Positions 1 through 9,024 of a DNA stretch of 64,000 bases are shown here, piece by piece (position 1 is the stretch's first letter; each line of letters begins with the position of its first letter). The notes below the pieces were generated by a model, which was not told where the DNA came from, made no database searches, and worked only from the letters and a program-made list of their open reading frames with translations. Position numbers and translations under genes: made by a program. Source of the DNA: an uncultured delta proteobacterium (lineage in GTDB: Bacteria; Desulfobacterota; Desulfobacteria; Desulfobacterales; JAHEIW01). The stretch is from positions 480,001-544,000 of the forward strand of contig CAVPNL010000006.1 in NCBI GenBank assembly GCA_963706575.1, written 5' to 3'.

Positions 1-798
1 TTTTGTATTTGCGGCCTGAACGGCGGTATCATATCTTTCCTGACTCATCGGATGAGTGGCAAATAACAGGTCCACGGTCGTGGATTTGTGTTTTGACATG
101 CTGTTGAGCATCTCCATCAAACCGACAAATCCTTCAGAACCATAGCCTGCGCCCACCATATATTCAATGCCCAGTGCATCGGCTTCGCGTTCATTATTCC
201 GGCTGTATTTTGCCAGTAAGGCACCGGCACTGATCTGGCCCAGCTGACCTGCCAGCTCGCCCAAAGCGGCGCTCTGGGTTCCGGCCAACACCGAAATGCC
301 GCCAACCAACGCCTGGGTAAGCTGCCCCTTTGACATCTGCTCGGCGGCGTGCCGGGCGTTCACATGCCCCAGTTCGTGTCCCAGCAGGGCGGCCAGCTCG
401 GCTTCATTTTCCAGTGTAAGCATAATGCCGCGGGTGGCGGCAATGCTGCCGGCGGGAAAGGCATAGGCATTGACATAAGTGGCGTTTACCACTCGAAACG
501 AATAGGGCATATGGGGACGATGGGAAGCAGCCGCCATCTTGTTGCCGACCTCACTGATGTAGCGGTTTAATTTATTGTCCTGCACTTCCCCGTAATCGGT
601 GGAAAACTGGAGCGGCGAGTACTGTTTGTCGATTTGGATTTCAGTATCTTCGGATACCAGCATAAATTGTTTTTTACCGGTAACCGGATCCGTGGCGCAT
701 CCGAAAATAAAACCGGCAGCGGTCATCGATGAAAGCCACATGAATTCCCGTCGGGTCAGAAAACCTTTCTTTGTATGGCTCAAATGGTTGTATGGCAT
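1..798 (-). CDS. M48 family zinc metalloprotease, probable Tat-exported lipoprotein (3' end runs off window)
   Basis: Manual translation from ATG at 798: MPYNHLSHTKKGFLTRREFMWLSSMTAAGFIFGCATDPVTGKKQFML...; twin-Arg-like TRREF, lipobox-like IFGC, HExxH motif (LLGHELGHVN). Absent from the ORF track because it is open at the window edge. Confidence 0.85.
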   Translation of the reverse strand, partial: MPYNHLSHTKKGFLTRREFMWLSSMTAAGFIFGCATDPVTGKKQFMLVSEDTEIQIDKQYSPLQFSTDYGEVQDNKLNRYISEVGNKMAAASHRPHMPYSFRVVNATYVNAYAFPAGSIAATRGIMLTLENEAELAALLGHELGHVNARHAAEQMSKGQLTQALVGGISVLAGTQSAALGELAGQLGQISAGALLAKYSRNNEREADALGIEYMVGAGYGSEGFVGLMEMLNSMSKHKSTTVDLLFATHPMSQERYDTAVQAANTK

Positions 799-819
799 AG
801 AGCCTCCCTTCTCCTCTTT

Positions 820-1242
820 TTACCGACCGATCACCTTATACGTTTCAAGCAATCGCTTACCCAGGGTAGCAGCAAGTTGCCTGAAAAAAATGATCCCATT
901 TTCCGCATCCTCTTCTAAAATTCTGGACAATTCTTTACTGGCGGTTTTCAGCAATTTGGTCGGCTCTAAACATTCGGCCGATGCGGAATAAACATTCCCC
1001 CCGATAAGACTGGACCATCCAAAAGCTTCTCCATTGCGCTCGGCATTGTAAACCACCTGTTGCGGTTGGCCGACACTTAATTTTACACTTCCGTTGAGCA
1101 GAATGAAAAAAAAATTGGCGGGATCATTTTCGCGGAAAAGAACTTCACCTTTTTTGTGAGAGGACATTTCGCAGATGTCCATGAATTTTTTTACGAAATC
1201 CATGCTGGTGCCAGTAAAAAGAGCGGATTGCTTGATGTACAT
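820..1242 (-). CDS. Stand-alone cyclic nucleotide-binding domain protein
   Basis: 140 aa; GEVLFRENDPA..FFILLNGSV and GEAFGWSSL..YSASA motifs typical of cNMP-binding domains. Confidence 0.85.
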   Translation of the reverse strand: MYIKQSALFTGTSMDFVKKFMDICEMSSHKKGEVLFRENDPANFFFILLNGSVKLSVGQPQQVVYNAERNGEAFGWSSLIGGNVYSASAECLEPTKLLKTASKELSRILEEDAENGIIFFRQLAATLGKRLLETYKVIGR

Positions 1243-1600
1243 GATTTTTCCTGTCTAAGTGTTTTAGCTCTTCGAAATTGAGTTTGACCTTTTTGAGATG
1301 GGTTCTAGAATGGGCGCTAACCCCGTATATATAAAATAAAGTCGCCGGGTTGTCAAAATAATAACCGGCGAATGAACCAGAGCAGGGCAGCAGGTTGTTT
1401 TTGGCTGCCTGCGCTGACTCTGCCTGCGGGCCCGGCTGAAAAATGGCAAGCGAGTCAGCACTTGGCGCTAAACACATCAAATCTAACGTTTTTGTAAGTT
1501 AAGCCGGTGACCCTTTACATTTATGTATGATTTTCGAGGCGATTATTTTAAGCTGATTCATGTGTTCAGGATTTATGGGCATTTGCGCGCTTTTCATACT

Positions 1601-1617
1601 CTGGCATGTTCATTGCT
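1601..1617 (+). promoter_or_regulatory. Putative sigma-54 (-24/-12) promoter upstream of the glutamate synthase genes
   Basis: CTGGCATGTTCATTGCT, with GG and GC separated by exactly 10 nt. Confidence 0.55.
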
Positions 1618-2238
1618 GATACTCAAGGTTGGTATGGTGGTTGTCGGCCTACCTTGATTAAGACCTGCAGGATGAAATTTCTGAGTTTCTTGAAATTACA
1701 TGCATCTGCGCCCGGCAATATTTTGATTTTCGGATTAATAGTTGATTTATATCAATTTTTTGTTTTTCATATTTGTTTTATATGATATAAGCGACGGGTT
1801 GATAAAGCCCGGCGGTTTTAAGAAAGGGGGCTTTAAGCAAAATCGAAAAGGAGGGAAACGCCACATTAAAATATTCCCAATCGGGGTTATTCTAAAATGT
1901 TGGCTGGCATTGTAACAAACTAAACATTAACTCCCGATCAAGATTCGGGAACTGTTCCCATATGATGCCTCACATGTTCCATTGCGGGTCCATGGTTTCT
2001 GAAGGTTTTCCAGGACCCGCGATATGCCTCCGATAAACTCCCATAAAGATTTTGATTATGAAACGATTGACGACCATAACTTGCAGCTCATCCTGCCTTA
2101 AGCGATAGCCTGACTGATCCGCACACTTTACCGACAACGCATCGATTCCCGTCGCTGGGGCGATTGTATCCCTGTTGGGTTCTCCCCAAAGGGATTTTTG
2201 ATCTTTAAACTGACACCGAAAAAAGGAGATCAATTCCC

Positions 2239-3369
2239 ATGTGTCGCTTATTTGCCATCACCAGTCAGGAGCCGTTATCACCGATGGTTGCCCTGAATGC
2301 GCTTGACGTTATGCGCGAGGGGCATGATTGTTCCGGGGTCGGGATTTTTTTGCGGGATCTTGCCGGGCCCTTTGAAGAGATAAAGGATGCGCCGATTTTA
2401 TCGGGAATTTTCAGCGATAAAGGGTTAAAGCGTCTGGACACATTTATGATGGATATCGGCTTTATGACCAAATACAAAATTTCGGTCAAATTGCCCAAGA
2501 TTCCCCCGCCCGGTGTTCCCAAACGGGATGTTTATCTGATTCGGGCCTATGAATACCCCGAAGAGTGGGAGGATCTCAGCCAGGCCGAGCTCTATGATCA
2601 GCTTCTTAAAATCCGGCTTCAGCTGCGGGCCATGGGGGAGGAAAAAAACGATATGATCGTTTTTTCTTTCTGGCCGGATGTGATTATGATCAAGGAAATC
2701 GGGGATCCCATGCTGGTTGCCGAGCACCTGAACCTGGACCGCAAAGAACTTTTTGCCAGGGTGATCATGGCCCAGGGGAGGCAAAACACCAACTATGCCA
2801 TTACCCTGTATGCCTGTCACCCCTTTTTCATTCAGGGATATTCAACCATGACCAACGGCGAAAATACGGCCTTCGTTCCGATTCGCTCGTTTTTGGAGTC
2901 GAGGGGATTTCCAGGTTATACCGGCTACCAGTCGGATTCAGAGGTTTTTACCCATATTCTGCATTATGCGGTTTCCAAGCTTGGCCTGGGCCTAGAAACA
3001 TATAAACATATTATCACCCCGCTTCAGGACGACGATCTGATTGATCATCCCAGCAGCCGTTTTTTAAAGAACCTGAAGCAAACCTGCCGGCCCTTGATTA
3101 TCGATGGGCCCAACTGCGTCATCGGCTGTCTGCCGGACCATAGTGTATTTATGGTGCAGGATCGTAAAAAACTGCGACCCGGTGTTGTCGGCGGAAAGCC
3201 CGGCGTCTATGCCTTTTCTTCAGAAATATGCGGCCTGGACGCCGCTATTCCAAACCGGGATAAAAGCAAGGACTTTCAACCCATGCACCTGGATACGGCC
3301 ATTGTCGGTCCGGGGCGTCAGGAGGTTACCCTATGGAACCAGAAAGACCCATTACCCCTTCCACACTGA
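2239..3369 (+). CDS. Glutamate synthase, class II glutamine amidotransferase subunit (GltB domain 1-like)
   Basis: N-terminal MCRL (Ntn Cys), GRQNTN, CHPF, NGEN, DSEV, DRKKLRP; RBS AGGAG. Confidence 0.85.
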   Translation: MCRLFAITSQEPLSPMVALNALDVMREGHDCSGVGIFLRDLAGPFEEIKDAPILSGIFSDKGLKRLDTFMMDIGFMTKYKISVKLPKIPPPGVPKRDVYLIRAYEYPEEWEDLSQAELYDQLLKIRLQLRAMGEEKNDMIVFSFWPDVIMIKEIGDPMLVAEHLNLDRKELFARVIMAQGRQNTNYAITLYACHPFFIQGYSTMTNGENTAFVPIRSFLESRGFPGYTGYQSDSEVFTHILHYAVSKLGLGLETYKHIITPLQDDDLIDHPSSRFLKNLKQTCRPLIIDGPNCVIGCLPDHSVFMVQDRKKLRPGVVGGKPGVYAFSSEICGLDAAIPNRDKSKDFQPMHLDTAIVGPGRQEVTLWNQKDPLPLPH

Positions 3370-4967
3370 GTATTAAAGACTTACCGTGGCAGGTTCTATG
3401 GGATAAAGAAAAATGTTCCCTATGCGGCAAATGCACGGCAATATGCCCGGTAAATGCCATTGAACTGGGGGTATTTCGCAAGCGGTTGCTCGAACCCCCG
3501 ACGGATCTGGCGCAGGCTCCGGCCATGGCATATAAAAGTTATTACGGCATCCGCCAAAAAACAGACCCGGCTTACCGCTGTATCGGCTGTGCCATGTGCA
3601 CCATGGTTTGCCCCAATGACTGCATTGTTCCCTGCCGAAGTGATGAAGCCGATAAACTCAAATTTCACGTTGACCAGGGCGGCCAGCCCCGCCGACGGGG
3701 CGGACGGCGCAATGTGCCCGGTGGTATTCTCGATCGCCTGAAATTCATCCGGATCTCGATGTTAACGGACCCGGCCCTGGATGCCGGCCGCCATGAGTTC
3801 GAACTGCGCACTTTGCTGGGACGCGTTTTGCCGCCTGAAGACAATCTAAAATTTTTAAGCCTCAACGGCTGGATTCCACCGGTTCGCGAAATCTATCCGT
3901 TGATCATCGGTGCCATGTCTTTCGGGGCCCTGTCCCCCAACATGTGGGAAGGATTGCAGATGGGTGTGGCCTATTTAAATGAAGAACTGGGTATGCCGGT
4001 ACGGATCTGTACCGGTGAGGGCGGATGCCCGCCGCGGCTGTTGCGGTCGCGGTTTTTAAAATATGTCATCCTGCAGATCGCCAGCGGCTATTTTGGCTGG
4101 GATGAGATTATTCACGCCATCCCGCACATGAAAGAAGACCCCTGTGCCATCGAGATCAAGTATGGGCAGGGTGCCAAACCCGGAGACGGCGGACTGCTGA
4201 TGTGGTACAAAGTCAATAAGCTGATTGCCGCCATCCGGGGCGTGCCCACCGGCATCAACCTGCCGAGTCCGCCCACCCACCAGACCAAGTATTCGATTGA
4301 AGAATCGGTCGCCAAGATGATCCAGTCGATGTATATGGCCTGGGGCTTCCGGGTGCCGGTATATCCGAAAATATCCGGTACCTCGACGGCCATGGCGGTT
4401 TTAAATAATCTGACCCGCAATCCCTATGCCGCCGGGCTGGCAATTGACGGTGAGGACGGCGGCACGGGTGCCGCCTATAATGTTTCCATGAACCACATGG
4501 GGCATCCCATCGCCAGCAATATTCGCGATGGATACCTGACCCTGGTGCAGCTGGGCATGCAAAACCAGCTGCCGTTGTTTGCCGGTGGCGGTGTGGGCAA
4601 AAACGGGAACCTGGCGGCCAATGCCGCCGCGCTTTACATGCTGGGAGCCAGCGGAGTGCAGATCGGCAAGTATGTCATGCAGGCCGCTGCCGGATGTCTG
4701 GGTTCTGAATCCGATCGCTGCAATATTTGCAACATCGGATTGTGTCCCAAAGGAATTACCTCCCAGGATCCGCGTCTGTATCGGCGGCTTGATGCCGAAA
4801 AAGTGGCTCAGCGGGTGGTCGATCTTTATCTAAGCTTTGACACTGAATTGAAAAAAATCGTGGCGCCGCTGGGGCGATCCACCTCATTGCCCATTGGCAT
4901 GTCCGACGCGCTAGGCATCGATGATCCCGCTGTGGCGGAACGGTTGAAGATTAAGTACGTTGTTTAA
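3333..4967 (+). CDS. Glutamate synthase FMN-binding subunit with N-terminal 2[4Fe-4S] ferredoxin
   Basis: Two CxxCxxCxxxCP motifs, AMSFGALS, TGEGG, EIKYGQGAKPGDGG, DGEDGGTGAA, C-terminal Cys cluster. Confidence 0.9.
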   Translation: MEPERPITPSTLSIKDLPWQVLWDKEKCSLCGKCTAICPVNAIELGVFRKRLLEPPTDLAQAPAMAYKSYYGIRQKTDPAYRCIGCAMCTMVCPNDCIVPCRSDEADKLKFHVDQGGQPRRRGGRRNVPGGILDRLKFIRISMLTDPALDAGRHEFELRTLLGRVLPPEDNLKFLSLNGWIPPVREIYPLIIGAMSFGALSPNMWEGLQMGVAYLNEELGMPVRICTGEGGCPPRLLRSRFLKYVILQIASGYFGWDEIIHAIPHMKEDPCAIEIKYGQGAKPGDGGLLMWYKVNKLIAAIRGVPTGINLPSPPTHQTKYSIEESVAKMIQSMYMAWGFRVPVYPKISGTSTAMAVLNNLTRNPYAAGLAIDGEDGGTGAAYNVSMNHMGHPIASNIRDGYLTLVQLGMQNQLPLFAGGGVGKNGNLAANAAALYMLGASGVQIGKYVMQAAAGCLGSESDRCNICNIGLCPKGITSQDPRLYRRLDAEKVAQRVVDLYLSFDTELKKIVAPLGRSTSLPIGMSDALGIDDPAVAERLKIKYVV

Positions 4968-5041
4968 TTCGTTTAATTTGTTTGATTGGTTCCATTGGTT
5001 AACATCTGAACTTTGAATCGTCTTTAAACCAATCAAACCAA
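4961..5041. repeat. Inverted tandem-repeat element, 9-bp unit (family A, GGTTxxATT / AACCAAT)
   Basis: tgtttaatt-cgtttaatt-tgtttgatt-ggttccatt-ggtt ... aaaccaatc-aaaccaa; the first unit contains the host TAA stop. Confidence 0.75.
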
Positions 5042-5145
5042 AGTGAGCTAAAGTGACTAAAATGAACTAAAGTGAGCTAAAGTTAAAATCGGATTTTATC
5101 CTTTTAAAATTTTAGGCACTTTAGTCACTTCCAACTTTCGTCACT
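5040..5145. repeat. Inverted tandem-repeat element, 9/10-bp unit (family B, AAAGTGnCT / TTTAGnCAC)
   Basis: aaagtgagct-aaagtgact-aaaatgaact-aaagtgagct-aaagtt ... ttttaggcac-tttagtcac-ttccaactttcgtcact. Confidence 0.85.
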
Positions 5146-5168
5146 ATTCTATAGTTTGGAGACCCTAA

Positions 5169-7517
5169 ATGGATAACCAAGCCTCTGTTAACAATAAACC
5201 ACCCCGGGTGATTTCAGGAACATTCAGCGGCCAGCGGGTGGAATCAAGGGTTTTAGAAGAGCAGATTCAAGAAGCTGTGGCGCAGGGTGAGCGCTCGATA
5301 GAGGTCCGTGCCTACGGTCAGCATGGTATCGGCGGGCGACTCTGGCGCAGCGGAAATGAGCCGGTCCATGTCAAGATAGCCGGCCACACCGGACAACGGG
5401 TGGGCTCTATGGGCTTTCCCAACACCTTTATCGAAGTCCTGGGTCCGGCCTCCGATGATGTCGGCTGGCTCAATGCCGGTGCCGAGATTGTCATTCATGG
5501 AAATGCAGGCAACGGCTGCGCCAATGCCATGGCGCAGGGTAAAATTTTTATCGCCGGCAACATCGGAGCCCGCGGCATGACCATGACCAAGCATAATCCG
5601 CGTTTTGCACCGCCCGAACTCTGGGTGCTGGGCTCTGCCGGTGATTACTTCGGTGAGTTTATGGCCGGTGGAATTGCCGTGATTTGCGGGCACGGGGCCC
5701 AGAACCCGCAAAATGTTCTGGGCTATCGACCGTTTGTCGGAATGGTTGGCGGGAAGGTTTTCTTCCGGGGACCGCATAGTGGCTACAGCCAGCCGGATGC
5801 CAAGCTGATTGCGATCAAAGACGATGACTGGAACTGGTTGACAGAGAATTTAATCACTTTTCTGCAGCAAATTGATCGATCCGAGCTCATTAAAACATTT
5901 TCCGATAAAAAGCAGTGGCAGCTTCTGGTGGCCCGCACCCCCCAGGAAAAAGTCTCCAGCCCGATGCGATCCATGCATTCCTTTCGGGCAGAGACCTGGG
6001 ACAAAGAGCTGGGCCAGGGCGGTTTAATTGGTGATCTTACCCATCTGGATCGATCGCCGATTGCATTGATTACCAACAGTTTTCTGCGGCGATTTGTTCC
6101 GGTTTGGGAAAACCGCAAATATGCTGCCCCCTGTGAAGCGACCTGTCCGACCGGCATTCCCGTGCAGGAAAGATGGCGCCTGATTCGTGAAGGCCGCGTG
6201 GATGAAGCGGTGGATCTGGCGCTGGCTTATACGCCCTTTCCGGCATCGGTGTGCGGATATTTGTGCCCCAACCTGTGCATGCAGTCCTGCACGCGGCAAA
6301 TTTCAGCAATGGCACCGGTGGACGTCACCCAGCTGGGCCAGGCGAGCCTCAAGGCCAAACTGCCCGATCTTCCACCGCAAAGCGATAAAAAAATCGCAAT
6401 CATCGGCGGAGGGCCGGCCGGGATATCGGTTGCCTGGCAGCTGCGCCAGCAGGCGCATCAGGTCACGATTTACGAGGTGGCAAAGACACTCGGCGGGAAG
6501 ATTACCCAGGTGATTCCGCAGAGCCGCATTCCCAAAAAAGTGATTACCAAAGAAATGCAACGAATCAAAGAGGTGATTCCGCAGGTAAACCTTCGACAGC
6601 CTCTGGGCCCAAAAGACATCATCCAGCTCAAAGAGGATTTTGATTTTGTTGTTATTGCCACCGGCGCCCAGAAACCCAGAAGCCTGCCGATTCCAGGCAA
6701 TGAAAGAACCATCGCAGCGCTTGATTTTCTGAAGGCGGCCAAAAAAAACAAAACCAAAGTGGGTAAAAATGTCGTCATTATCGGCGCCGGCAATGTGGGT
6801 TGCGATGCGGCTGCCGAAGCACACCGTCTGGGAGCCCGCAAAATCACCCTGCTCGATATTCAGGAACCGGCATCTTTCGGCAAAGAAAGAGATGCTGCCG
6901 AGGCGGTGGGGGCCGAGTTTATGTGGCCGGTATTTACTCAGGAAATTACCCCATCCGGGGTGAAACTGACCACGGGAGAAGAGGTGCCCGCGGATACGGT
7001 GATTGTCTCCATTGGCGATGTGCCGGATCTCGAGTTCATTCCCGAAACGGTCACAACCGAAAACGGGTTTGTTAAGGTCAACGACAACTATCTGACCTCA
7101 GACCCCCAGATCTTTGCCATCGGTGATGTCGTCAAGCCGGGGTTGCTGACCGAAGCCATTGGTTCCGGCCGGGTTGTTGCCCGGACGATTTGCGATATTT
7201 TAGAAGGTAAAAGACCGGCTTTCGAAAAGCGCTCCATGATCGATCGCCGGCGGGTGACACTGGAATATTTTGATCCCCGCATTACCGAGTTTGCCGATCT
7301 GGATCATTGCGGGTCTCAATGCTCATCCTGCGGTGCCTGCCGGGACTGCGGCATCTGTGTTTCTGTTTGCCCGCAGTCGGCCATCAGCAGAAAAGAGCTC
7401 GAAAGTGACGCCTATGAATATGTCGTGGATGAAAACCTTTGCATCGGATGCGGTTTTTGTGCTGGCGCCTGCCCCTGCGGTGTGTGGGACCTGGTCGAAA
7501 ACACACCTATTGAGTAA
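5169..7517 (+). CDS. Glutamate synthase GXGXG domain fused to GltD-like FAD/NAD(P) oxidoreductase and C-terminal ferredoxin
   Basis: GXGXG beta-helix repeats (AGDYFGEFMAGG), APCEATCP, GGGPAG and GAGNVG dinucleotide motifs, FAIGD, two C-terminal CxxCxxCxxxCP. Confidence 0.88.
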   Translation: MDNQASVNNKPPRVISGTFSGQRVESRVLEEQIQEAVAQGERSIEVRAYGQHGIGGRLWRSGNEPVHVKIAGHTGQRVGSMGFPNTFIEVLGPASDDVGWLNAGAEIVIHGNAGNGCANAMAQGKIFIAGNIGARGMTMTKHNPRFAPPELWVLGSAGDYFGEFMAGGIAVICGHGAQNPQNVLGYRPFVGMVGGKVFFRGPHSGYSQPDAKLIAIKDDDWNWLTENLITFLQQIDRSELIKTFSDKKQWQLLVARTPQEKVSSPMRSMHSFRAETWDKELGQGGLIGDLTHLDRSPIALITNSFLRRFVPVWENRKYAAPCEATCPTGIPVQERWRLIREGRVDEAVDLALAYTPFPASVCGYLCPNLCMQSCTRQISAMAPVDVTQLGQASLKAKLPDLPPQSDKKIAIIGGGPAGISVAWQLRQQAHQVTIYEVAKTLGGKITQVIPQSRIPKKVITKEMQRIKEVIPQVNLRQPLGPKDIIQLKEDFDFVVIATGAQKPRSLPIPGNERTIAALDFLKAAKKNKTKVGKNVVIIGAGNVGCDAAAEAHRLGARKITLLDIQEPASFGKERDAAEAVGAEFMWPVFTQEITPSGVKLTTGEEVPADTVIVSIGDVPDLEFIPETVTTENGFVKVNDNYLTSDPQIFAIGDVVKPGLLTEAIGSGRVVARTICDILEGKRPAFEKRSMIDRRRVTLEYFDPRITEFADLDHCGSQCSSCGACRDCGICVSVCPQSAISRKELESDAYEYVVDENLCIGCGFCAGACPCGVWDLVENTPIE

Positions 7518-7578
7518 GCAATCGGGAGCTGACACGGGAATTTTGAAGATGGATAACGTTTAGGAGATGGGATAGCGC

Positions 7579-7690
7579 ATTGGTTTTAGAATTGGTTAAA
7601 TAGGTCTTTACGTCTAAGCGCCGTGCACTATGCCTCTACATTTTTACCAAAATTGAACCAATCAAACAAATAAAACCAATAAAACAAAAT
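7579..7690. repeat. Degenerate family A inverted tandem-repeat element upstream of carA
   Basis: attggtttt..aattggtt ... gaaccaatc-aaacaaat-aaaaccaat-aaaacaaaat. Confidence 0.6.
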
Positions 7691-7713
7691 CGATTTTAAG
7701 ATACAGACGACTT

Positions 7714-8847
7714 ATGGACGCATTACTCGCATTAGAAGACGGCCGCACCTTTGCCTGCCGATCCTTTACCGGGCCGGGGGAAGCAACGGGTGAGGTGGTA
7801 TTTAACACCGGTATGACCGGATACCAGGAGGTGCTTACCGACCCGTCTTACAGCGGACAAATGGTGGTCATGACCTATCCGCTGATTGGAAACTACGGCG
7901 TCAATCCTGAGGACATTGAGTCCGGCCGCATTCAGGTCGCGGCCTTTATCATTAAAGAGTATCAGGCCTATCCCAGTAATTTCCGCTCGACGGCAACCCT
8001 GGCCGATTACCTGACAGACCATGGCATACTGGGTGTTGAACACCTGGATACCCGGGCCATCACGCGGCATATCCGAAATGCCGGTGCCATGCGGGCGATT
8101 ATTTCTACTGACGACCTAACGCCGGCTTCCCTGGTGCAAAGAGCCAACGAAATCCCCAAAATGGCGGGTTTAAATCTGGCTAAGGTGGTGACGACCCCGG
8201 AGCCTTTTTACTGGGAGAATGGTAAACCGGAAATTATTAATCCCGACAGCCGCCCACTGGACAAAACGATCTGGCGACATCGTGGCCGAAAGCGCTCGGT
8301 GATCGCATTTGATTTTGGCATCAAATTTAACATACTGAGACAACTGGAAAAGGTCGGTTTTGAGCTGGTGGTGGTTCCGTCTGCCACAACGGCTGACACC
8401 ATTGAAGCCATGGCACCGGACGGTATTTTTCTTTCAAACGGTCCGGGTGATCCTGAGCCGGTTACCGATGCCATCGAAACCATTCAAGCGCTATTGGACT
8501 ACCGCCCTATTTTCGGTATTTGTCTCGGGCACCAGCTCCTCGGGCTGGCGTTGGGTGCCAAAACTTTTAAGTTGAAATTCGGCCATCGGGGTGCTAATCA
8601 ACCGGTCAAAAATTTTCGATCCGGGAAGGTCGAAATTACCTCCCAAAACCATGGATTTGCCGTTGATACGGAATCTCTCCAGGGAAATGACGTTGAAATT
8701 ACCCACATAAACCTAAATGACAATACCCTGGAGGGCTTCCGGCACCGCAAATACCCGTTATTTTCGGTGCAATACCATCCTGAAGCATCTCCGGGTCCGC
8801 ACGATGCACGTTATCTCTTTGATGAGTTTAAAGAATTGATGCGATAA
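7714..8847 (+). CDS. carA: Carbamoyl-phosphate synthase small subunit
   Basis: GEVVFNTGMTGYQEVLTDPSY, SNGPGDP, GICLGHQ, SVQYHPEASPGPHD. Confidence 0.98.
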   Translation: MDALLALEDGRTFACRSFTGPGEATGEVVFNTGMTGYQEVLTDPSYSGQMVVMTYPLIGNYGVNPEDIESGRIQVAAFIIKEYQAYPSNFRSTATLADYLTDHGILGVEHLDTRAITRHIRNAGAMRAIISTDDLTPASLVQRANEIPKMAGLNLAKVVTTPEPFYWENGKPEIINPDSRPLDKTIWRHRGRKRSVIAFDFGIKFNILRQLEKVGFELVVVPSATTADTIEAMAPDGIFLSNGPGDPEPVTDAIETIQALLDYRPIFGICLGHQLLGLALGAKTFKLKFGHRGANQPVKNFRSGKVEITSQNHGFAVDTESLQGNDVEITHINLNDNTLEGFRHRKYPLFSVQYHPEASPGPHDARYLFDEFKELMR

Positions 8848-8849
8848 CG

Positions 8850-9020
8850 CATTAGGGATCGTCTTCGACTACGGCGGAGACTAGAGGAGCAGCCCTCTGG
8901 GCTTTGAGGAGCGTTCCTTCGGAACTTTAGGTTTGAGGCAAGCTCAGGCCTAAAGCGTAGCGCTCCTCAAACGAAGTGATCCTAAAGCGCAGCGCTCCTT
9001 TGGCTGCGAACGAAGTGAGC
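8850..9020. repeat. Hairpin-unit inverted repeat element (family C) between carA and carB
   Basis: Left arm: mini-hairpins (gccc-tct-gggc, gttcc-ttc-ggaac) joined by TTTGAGGAGC-like linkers. Right arm: CCTAAAGCGnAGCGCTCCT units containing GCTCCTCAAA. Confidence 0.75.
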
Positions 9021-9024
9021 ATAT

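Noticed and set aside
1835..1910. Known riboswitch (c-di-GMP-I or glutamine)
   Set aside because: The conserved core motifs could not be matched by eye; left as an unassigned hairpin.
1970..2233. 87-aa minus-strand ORF upstream of the glutamate synthase genes
   Set aside because: No motif or clear RBS; it overlaps the likely leader of the plus-strand operon.
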